From: Deltaproteobacteria bacterium
GTDB taxonomy: Bacteria > Myxococcota_A > Polyangia > JACPQR01
NCBI GenBank assembly: GCA_016190375.1
Contig: JACPQR010000020.1
Span: 3,665 to 67,664 of the forward strand
Length of the DNA: 64,000 nucleotides
Direction of reading: 5' to 3'
The notes beneath the pieces were generated by a model, which worked only from the letters and a program-made list of their open reading frames with translations, made no database searches and had not been told where the DNA came from. Shown piece by piece: positions 58,629 to 64,000 of the stretch (positions are counted from its first letter, which is position 1; the number at the start of each line of letters is the position of its first letter). The position numbers were made by a program, and so were the translations under genes.

Positions 58629-59237
58629 ATGTCGACCTTCGAGACCGTCGCGGCCGTCGCGGGAGCCCTCCTGACAATCGGCTGCGCGGTGTGGTGGGGG
58701 CTCTGGTACTCGCGCCGGACCAGGGATCGGCTGAACGAGCGAGTCGGGCGTGTCGAGGAGGCGTTTGCGAGGGTCGCCGCGCGCCTCGCGCTCGAGCTCC
58801 GCCACGGCGAGACCTACGTCCATCCCATGGCCGGTCGATATCCGGACTACCCGGTGCTGACTGGGACCCTGGGGGAGCGGCGGATCCGTGTCGTCGTCGA
58901 GTCGGAGTCGGCGGGGGAGTCCGGCAGGAGCGACCGCATGGCGATCGTCGTCTCGCCGAGGGCCGGTACGAGCTGGATTGCGCGGGGGCGGCTCCACCAA
59001 CGTCGCACGGATCTTCCCGGCGACGCCGTGCGCTCACTCGCAGAGCTCGACTCCGCCGTCCGGTCGATCAACCTCGACCATGAGGTACTGCGCGTCTTCC
59101 CCCGCGGCGATCGCTCGGGATCCGGACTCTCCGTGGACTACGAGCTCTTGATCGATCCTGACGCGCTCGAGCAGCTCGTCAACCGATGCGCGGCGCTCGC
59201 GGCCTTACTCGAGCAGCCTGGCGCCACGGTGAGCTAG
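58629..59237 (+). CDS. Hypothetical membrane-anchored protein
   Basis: N-terminal TM VAAVAGALLTIGCAVWWGLWY; clean ORF. Confidence 0.65.
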   Translation: MSTFETVAAVAGALLTIGCAVWWGLWYSRRTRDRLNERVGRVEEAFARVAARLALELRHGETYVHPMAGRYPDYPVLTGTLGERRIRVVVESESAGESGRSDRMAIVVSPRAGTSWIARGRLHQRRTDLPGDAVRSLAELDSAVRSINLDHEVLRVFPRGDRSGSGLSVDYELLIDPDALEQLVNRCAALAALLEQPGATVS

Positions 59238-59252
59238 ACTGCGGGCACCTCG

Positions 59253-61616
59253 GTGCCCAACCACCACTCGATCGTCGTCGCGTTCGGATCGCTGGGCGCG
59301 CGTGTGCTGGAGCGGGTCGGTCAGAAGGGCGATCTCGACCTCGGGCCGCTTCCCGATGAGGACCCGGGCCGCCAGCTCTTGCGAGTGATGGACGAGGCCT
59401 GCGCCCGGATGGCGCTCGGGAGCGTCATCCAGGCAAGTGATCCGGCCGATCCGGGCGAGCCCGTGCTCGACGTCGTCGTCGTCGCCGACCTCGGTGAGCC
59501 CGGGATCGCGGAGCGGCTCGCGCGGTTCATCGCGGCGCTCAGAGCTCGCCTCCTCGCGGACTTCTCGCACCTCTTCGGAGCGCACAACCCGCGCTTCGCG
59601 CTGTGCGCGGTCCTCGCGCTCACCGGTGCCCGCGATCCGGGACGGCGCGGCGCCCTTCGAGCGGGCCTCGAGGGGCTCGAGGCAATCTCGGCTCGCGCCG
59701 GCGAGTACGAGCCCTTCGGGCGCGTGTTCCTGATCGAGGACCAGAGCGGGCGCTACCTGCTCCCCCCCGCCGAGCGGGAGAACGCGGTCGCCTCGCTCGT
59801 CACGGTGCTGCGTTCGGACGCGGGCCGCAGGACGGCCGGGCTCGGCGCCCCACCGGACCCGCAGGGGCTGTTCGTCGCGTTCGCCGCGGCGACCCTCGAG
59901 GTCCCATCCGCAGACCTGCAGCGCTTCTGCGAATCCAGGACGGCCCGGGGTCTGCTCGAGGAGCTGCGGCGAGGCAGCGACCTCGGCATCGCCGACCGAC
60001 AGGCGCGAATCCAGCCGTATCTCTTCGATCGCGGCGCGCTGGACCAGCGGCTCGGGCTCAAGGACGGCGCCGGCGATCTCGAGCGCATGGTTCGCGACGC
60101 GCGACCGCGCACCGAGTGCCCGGAGCTCGAGCCCCATGCGACGCCGGAGGCGATCCGGGACTCGCTGTACGGATGGGACTGGTACGCCCGCCAGGAGTCG
60201 GAGATCCGCAGGTTCAGCGAGGAGCTCGAGCATTTCCGGATGCCCGCGCTCGTCGCGGAGGTGGACTCGCAGGGAACCAAGCTCGCCCGGGAGCTGCCCG
60301 CGGCCCTCGCGAAGGCCGTCGACGGCTGGGTCTGGTCCGGGCCGAGGGGCTGGGCCGATGCTCGTGACTGCCTCGAGGACCTGCGGCTTCGCACCGAGAA
60401 GGCCGAGGGGGAGCTCGCCTCGGAGATCCGACGGGAGGTCCTGCCCGATTTTCCCTCGTTCGAGAGCTTCGAGGAGCGCTTCCGGGCCCTCAGGGCGGGC
60501 TCCGAGAGGCGGCCGCGGCCGGCCCGGCTCTGGTTCTTCGGTGCCCTCTTCACACTGGCCGCCACGGCGATCCTGCACCCGTTGCCGAAGTGGATCTGGG
60601 TCCGGCTTCTCTCGGGCCGCGCGCCGCTGCTCACACGGATGCTCGTCGACCCCATGGCGGTCGAGCTCGGACCGGTCGGCCATGCCTTCCTCGACCGCCC
60701 CTGGGTCCTCGCCTGGCTCGCACTGGTCACCGGGAGCCTCGTGGCCTGGCGCCTCCGCAACCTGGCCCGCGATCGACACGCGGAGCTCGGCGCGATGCGT
60801 GACGAGATGGGCTACCGGCTGCGCGACCTCGTGGAAGGAGATCGGGGCTCGGTCCTCGCCTACTACCTCTCGCGGCTTCGCTTCTCGTACCGGTTGTGGG
60901 AGATGCGCATCCTGCGTCGCTACCTGGACGCGATCCGGGGCGAGATCGAGCGGCTCGAGACCGTCAGGCTCGCGCTCGACCAGATGGACCTCGCCTACCG
61001 CGAGGAGGAACGACGGCTCTCGCCCGAGCCCGCCGGGGTGAGCGTCAGAGCGGCCGGTCCAGCACCGACTAGGGCGCAAGACGCGAACGTCCTTTACCGC
61101 ACGGTCGCGGGAGGGCCGCTGTTCGAGGCCATCCACCGCGCGGACGCACAGCCTGCGGACGCGCTGGCCGGCGCGTTCTTCGCGGAGCTCGCGGATCCGG
61201 AGCCCCCGCCGTGGCGCGACGCCGCACCGTTCGCCGATCCCCTCCGGATCGACGCCTTCGTGCGCTCGCTTCTCGGTCCCCGCGAGCGCCGGGCGCTCCG
61301 GCCATCCAGCCCCCAGCCAGTTCGCGATGCGCTGTCGTCCTTTCTCGCCGACGTAGGGGAGAAGCTGGCGCCCGGGCTCGAGGTGTACCGGGAGCAGATC
61401 ACCCTCGAGCCCCGCCGCCTCCTCCTGGTTCCCTCGGGTGCAGAGCCGGTGGTGGACGAGTGCATCGCGGCCGTCCGCCGGACGGGCGCGGACGCATTCG
61501 GCTCGGGTCTGCTCGTCAGCGGCTGTTCGCTCCCGAGCGAGTGCGTCCACCTCGTCGTCCTCGAGCCCGGGATCCCCCTACGAGCGATCCGAGCGCCTGC
61601 CGCCGATGCCGTATGA
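59253..61616 (+). CDS. Degenerate tubulin/FtsZ-like (Tubulin_2-type) protein with two TM helices
   Basis: IVVAFGSLGARVLERV, VVVVADL, RVFLIED, FVAFAAATLEVP; TMs LWFFGALFTLAATAIL and WVLAWLALVTGSLVAW. Confidence 0.55.
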   Translation: MPNHHSIVVAFGSLGARVLERVGQKGDLDLGPLPDEDPGRQLLRVMDEACARMALGSVIQASDPADPGEPVLDVVVVADLGEPGIAERLARFIAALRARLLADFSHLFGAHNPRFALCAVLALTGARDPGRRGALRAGLEGLEAISARAGEYEPFGRVFLIEDQSGRYLLPPAERENAVASLVTVLRSDAGRRTAGLGAPPDPQGLFVAFAAATLEVPSADLQRFCESRTARGLLEELRRGSDLGIADRQARIQPYLFDRGALDQRLGLKDGAGDLERMVRDARPRTECPELEPHATPEAIRDSLYGWDWYARQESEIRRFSEELEHFRMPALVAEVDSQGTKLARELPAALAKAVDGWVWSGPRGWADARDCLEDLRLRTEKAEGELASEIRREVLPDFPSFESFEERFRALRAGSERRPRPARLWFFGALFTLAATAILHPLPKWIWVRLLSGRAPLLTRMLVDPMAVELGPVGHAFLDRPWVLAWLALVTGSLVAWRLRNLARDRHAELGAMRDEMGYRLRDLVEGDRGSVLAYYLSRLRFSYRLWEMRILRRYLDAIRGEIERLETVRLALDQMDLAYREEERRLSPEPAGVSVRAAGPAPTRAQDANVLYRTVAGGPLFEAIHRADAQPADALAGAFFAELADPEPPPWRDAAPFADPLRIDAFVRSLLGPRERRALRPSSPQPVRDALSSFLADVGEKLAPGLEVYREQITLEPRRLLLVPSGAEPVVDECIAAVRRTGADAFGSGLLVSGCSLPSECVHLVVLEPGIPLRAIRAPAADAV

Positions 61617-61659
61617 CTGCTATCATACGAGTCGTACGACGGCACAGGAGGAGGAGAGC

Positions 61660-62604
61660 ATGACGGAAATCCCGTACGAGACACTGGATCTGCGCCGCAC
61701 CGCAGAGGAGGCTCGCCGGGCCGAGCGGCTGCGCGGCATCTACCACGCTGCGCAGGATCTGGCGTGGGACGGGCGAGAGGTGCTCCCGGCTCTCATCGCA
61801 ACGCACGGCGGCGTCCATGCGGAGCCGAGGGCCGTGCGCGCGATCGGCCGGATCTTCTCGGTGATCCTCTGGGGCGAGCTCGCCGCGTGGCGGATCAGCG
61901 CCCAGCTCGCGGCGGACCTGGTCCCGCTCGAGGCGAAGATGGCCGCGACGAGCCAGGCTTTCGACGAGGCCCGCCACTTCTACGTGATGTACGACTATCT
62001 GTCGGCGCTGGGCGTGAAGCCGGAGCCGATGCCCCGTGCCTCGCGCGAGCTCCTGGAGCTGGTGCTCCGGCAGCGCGACCTCACGCTCAAGCTCGTGGGA
62101 ATGCAGCTCATGGTCGAGACGACCGCGCTGACCATCTTCCAGGCCGTTCGCGAGACCGGCGCCGAGCCCGTGCTGTGCGCGCTCCTGCCGTACTACGAGA
62201 AGGACGAGGCCCGCCACGTCGGCCTCGGCGTACAGCACCTTCCCTCGTGCCTGAAGGGAATGGGCCGCACGGGGCTCGCGCGAATGACGGGCTACGAGCT
62301 CCGGCTCATCTACTGGGAGCTCGCCTCGCTGGCGGCCCTCGAGGACGATCTGCGCGTGCTCGGGATCCGCGCCGGCGAGATCGTGCGGCTCGGGACGGCC
62401 AAGCAGCTCCAGGCGCACGAGGCGATGTGGGCCCAGATCGGCGAGTATGACCGCGGCTTCGAGAAGCTGATGACCCGCGCCGTGCACACGGTCTGCGAGG
62501 TGCGATTCCCCGAGGACGGCAGCCCGCGCGGCGCCCTGGAACGGATCACCTCGGCGCGCAAGGTCTGGCGGGATGGCGGCTACGACTCACGCGCCGTCAG
62601 CTGA
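61660..62604 (+). CDS. Ferritin-like diiron-carboxylate protein (AurF/desaturase-like fold)
   Basis: WGELAA, DEARHF, MVETTA, DEARHV paired ExxH motifs; SD AGGAGG upstream. Confidence 0.8.
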   Translation: MTEIPYETLDLRRTAEEARRAERLRGIYHAAQDLAWDGREVLPALIATHGGVHAEPRAVRAIGRIFSVILWGELAAWRISAQLAADLVPLEAKMAATSQAFDEARHFYVMYDYLSALGVKPEPMPRASRELLELVLRQRDLTLKLVGMQLMVETTALTIFQAVRETGAEPVLCALLPYYEKDEARHVGLGVQHLPSCLKGMGRTGLARMTGYELRLIYWELASLAALEDDLRVLGIRAGEIVRLGTAKQLQAHEAMWAQIGEYDRGFEKLMTRAVHTVCEVRFPEDGSPRGALERITSARKVWRDGGYDSRAVS

Positions 62605-62609
62605 AAGAC

Positions 62610-62642
62610 CACCCTCGCGCGAAAGGGCGGCGGTCGAGGGTG
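62610..62642. terminator. Possible hairpin between convergent genes
   Basis: 8-bp IR CACCCTCG/CGAGGGTG; no U-tract. Confidence 0.3.
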
Positions 62643-62646
62643 ACGC

Positions 62647-63798
62647 CTAGGCGGCTGCCTGGACGAGGATCGCGATCTTGCCCTTGTGGCGGTTGTCGGC
62701 GACGAGCTGGTGGGCCTCGGCGGCGCGGTGGAGCGGGAAGACCTGGTCGAGGACGGGACGGATCTTGCCCTCGATCACGAGGCGGTTGGCGCGCTCGGCC
62801 TCGTACGCGTTCGCGAAGTGCGAGCCGATGATCGTCTTCTGTCGCATCCAGAGGTAGCGCACGTCGAAGTCGAGGTCGTAGCCGCTGGTCGCGCCGCAGA
62901 TCACGATCTTGCCGAAGCGCTTGGCGACGAGCACGGAGGTCGGGAAGGTCTGCTTGCCGACGTGCTCGAACACGATGTCGGCGTCCTTGCCGCCAGTGAG
63001 CTCGCGGATCCGGGCGCCGAAGGCGCGCGACACCTGGGGCCCCCTCGTGAAATCGAAGCCCGTGCGGTCGATCACCATCGACGCGCCCAGCTCCCGTACG
63101 AGCCGCTCCCTCTCTGGAGACGAGACCACTGCGATGGGGTTCGCGCCGACGAGCTTGCAGAGCTGTACGGCGAAGCTGCCGAGACCTCCGCCGGCGCCCC
63201 AGACGAGGACGTTGTCGCCCGGCTTCATCTCGGCCCGGTCGACCAGCATCCGGTACGCCGTGAAGTACGTGAGGCCGTAGGAGGCCGCCTCGGCCCAGCC
63301 GAGCTGGCGGGGCTTGTGGACGAGCTGCTGCGCCTGCACCTTGGCGAGCTGCGCGAACGATCCCCAGCTCGTCTCGTAGCCCCAGATCTTCTGGCGCTCG
63401 CAGGCCATCGGATCGAGGCCGTTGCACTCCGGGCACTGGCCGCAGCTCTGGTTGCAGTGGACGACGACCTCGTCGCCGGGCTTCCACCGCGTGACAGACT
63501 CGCCGACCTTCCAGACGATCCCGGCCGCGTCGGAGCCGGCGATGTGGAAGGGCTCGTGGTGCATGTCGAACACGCTCACGGGCCTGCCGCGCGCCGCCCA
63601 GACGCCGTTGAAGTTGACGCCGGCCGCCATCACGAGGACGAGGACCTCGTCGGGCCCGATCCCTGGGACGGGCACCTCCTCCAGCTTCATCGCGTCCCTG
63701 GGCTCTCCCTCGCGCTCCCTTCGAATCGTCACGGCCAGCATCGAGTCCGGGATCGCTCCGGGAGGCGCCGTGACGGCGCCGAGGTCGAGCCGCTTCAT
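62647..63798 (-). CDS. ccr: Crotonyl-CoA carboxylase/reductase
   Basis: VMAAGVNFNGVWAARG, HIAGSDAAG, IWGYET, GLTYFTAYRML, VWGAGGGLG, YLWMRQKTIIGSHFAN. Confidence 0.92.
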   Translation of the reverse strand: MKRLDLGAVTAPPGAIPDSMLAVTIRREREGEPRDAMKLEEVPVPGIGPDEVLVLVMAAGVNFNGVWAARGRPVSVFDMHHEPFHIAGSDAAGIVWKVGESVTRWKPGDEVVVHCNQSCGQCPECNGLDPMACERQKIWGYETSWGSFAQLAKVQAQQLVHKPRQLGWAEAASYGLTYFTAYRMLVDRAEMKPGDNVLVWGAGGGLGSFAVQLCKLVGANPIAVVSSPERERLVRELGASMVIDRTGFDFTRGPQVSRAFGARIRELTGGKDADIVFEHVGKQTFPTSVLVAKRFGKIVICGATSGYDLDFDVRYLWMRQKTIIGSHFANAYEAERANRLVIEGKIRPVLDQVFPLHRAAEAHQLVADNRHKGKIAILVQAAA

Positions 63799-64000
63799 GA
63801 GCGTCCTTTGCTCCGCTGGACGAGCTCCACCAGCACTCCTCCGGCCGCTCGCGGGTGAAGGAACGCGACGAGATGCCCCCGCGCGCCCGGCCGGGGCGCC
63901 TCGTCGATCAGCGCCACGCCAGCCTGCCTCAGGCGCGCGAGGGACTCGCCGATGTCGGTCACCGCGAATGCGACGTGGTGCAGGCCGGGCCCGCGCTTCT
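63795..64000 (-). CDS. mce: Methylmalonyl/ethylmalonyl-CoA epimerase, C-terminal part (5' end outside window)
   Basis: KRGPGLHHVAFAVTDI...PRPGARGHLVAFLHP...GGVLVELVQ*; stop overlaps ccr ATG. Confidence 0.85.
   Translation of the reverse strand, partial: KRGPGLHHVAFAVTDIGESLARLRQAGVALIDEAPRPGARGHLVAFLHPRAAGGVLVELVQRSKGRS

Noticed and set aside
1-64000. Many long alternative-frame ORFs in the track (e.g. 43512-46583 +, 55763-59083 +, 51063-53855 -, 59205-61550 -)
   Set aside because: They are Arg/Pro/Ala-rich shadows of real genes, expected in very GC-rich DNA, and carry no recognisable motifs.

Overview
This is a very GC-rich, gene-dense chromosomal window. The eukaryote-like Ser/Thr kinases, Cys-rich lipoproteins and a MYXO-CTERM-like tail suggest a myxobacterium (Myxococcota) or relative; this is an inference. 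1-18.6 kb: a surface-glycan locus with GT2/GT4 glycosyltransferases, a CslA/CesA-like GT2, an SGNH protein, a TMTC-like GT-C, Wzm/Wzt, a radical SAM enzyme and a SxtJ/DUF5989/carbamoyltransferase cassette. It is interrupted by a four-helix-bundle gene enclosed in nested inverted repeats. 18.6-34.7 kb: a palindromic intergenic element, a YeeE/YedE pair, a beta-helix lipoprotein, an RluD-like synthase, a thioredoxin-TPR protein, adenosine deaminase, Cys/Asp-rich lipoproteins, two Ser/Thr kinases (one with a solute-binding-protein-like ectodomain, one with a MshEN-like domain), a VapBC pair, a HiPIP-like protein, GIY-YIG, TPR and rpiA. 34.8-37.6 kb: a Rieske / cytochrome b / octaheme HAO-like operon. 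37.7-48.1 kb: a ferritin-like protein, a HEAT-methyltransferase, a kinase-Hsp70-J-domain operon and a Cys-rich repeat protein. 48.1-55.8 kb: a Cus-type Cu/Ag efflux operon with a candidate leader gene, then ArfB. 55.8-64 kb: an SRPBCC-methyltransferase, a tandem knottin-like array protein, a degenerate tubulin-like membrane protein, a diiron protein, ccr and a partial mce. No rRNA, tRNA, CRISPR array or transposase was seen. The strongest leads are a dispersed bipartite DNA motif GGGGACACGCACCCG-N38-ACCGCGCG (3 copies with identical spacing), the Rieske/cytb/HAO-like module, the 14-module knottin-spaced array, the SBP-receptor kinase and the tubulin-like protein. All family assignments come from motif recognition by eye; no database searches were run.
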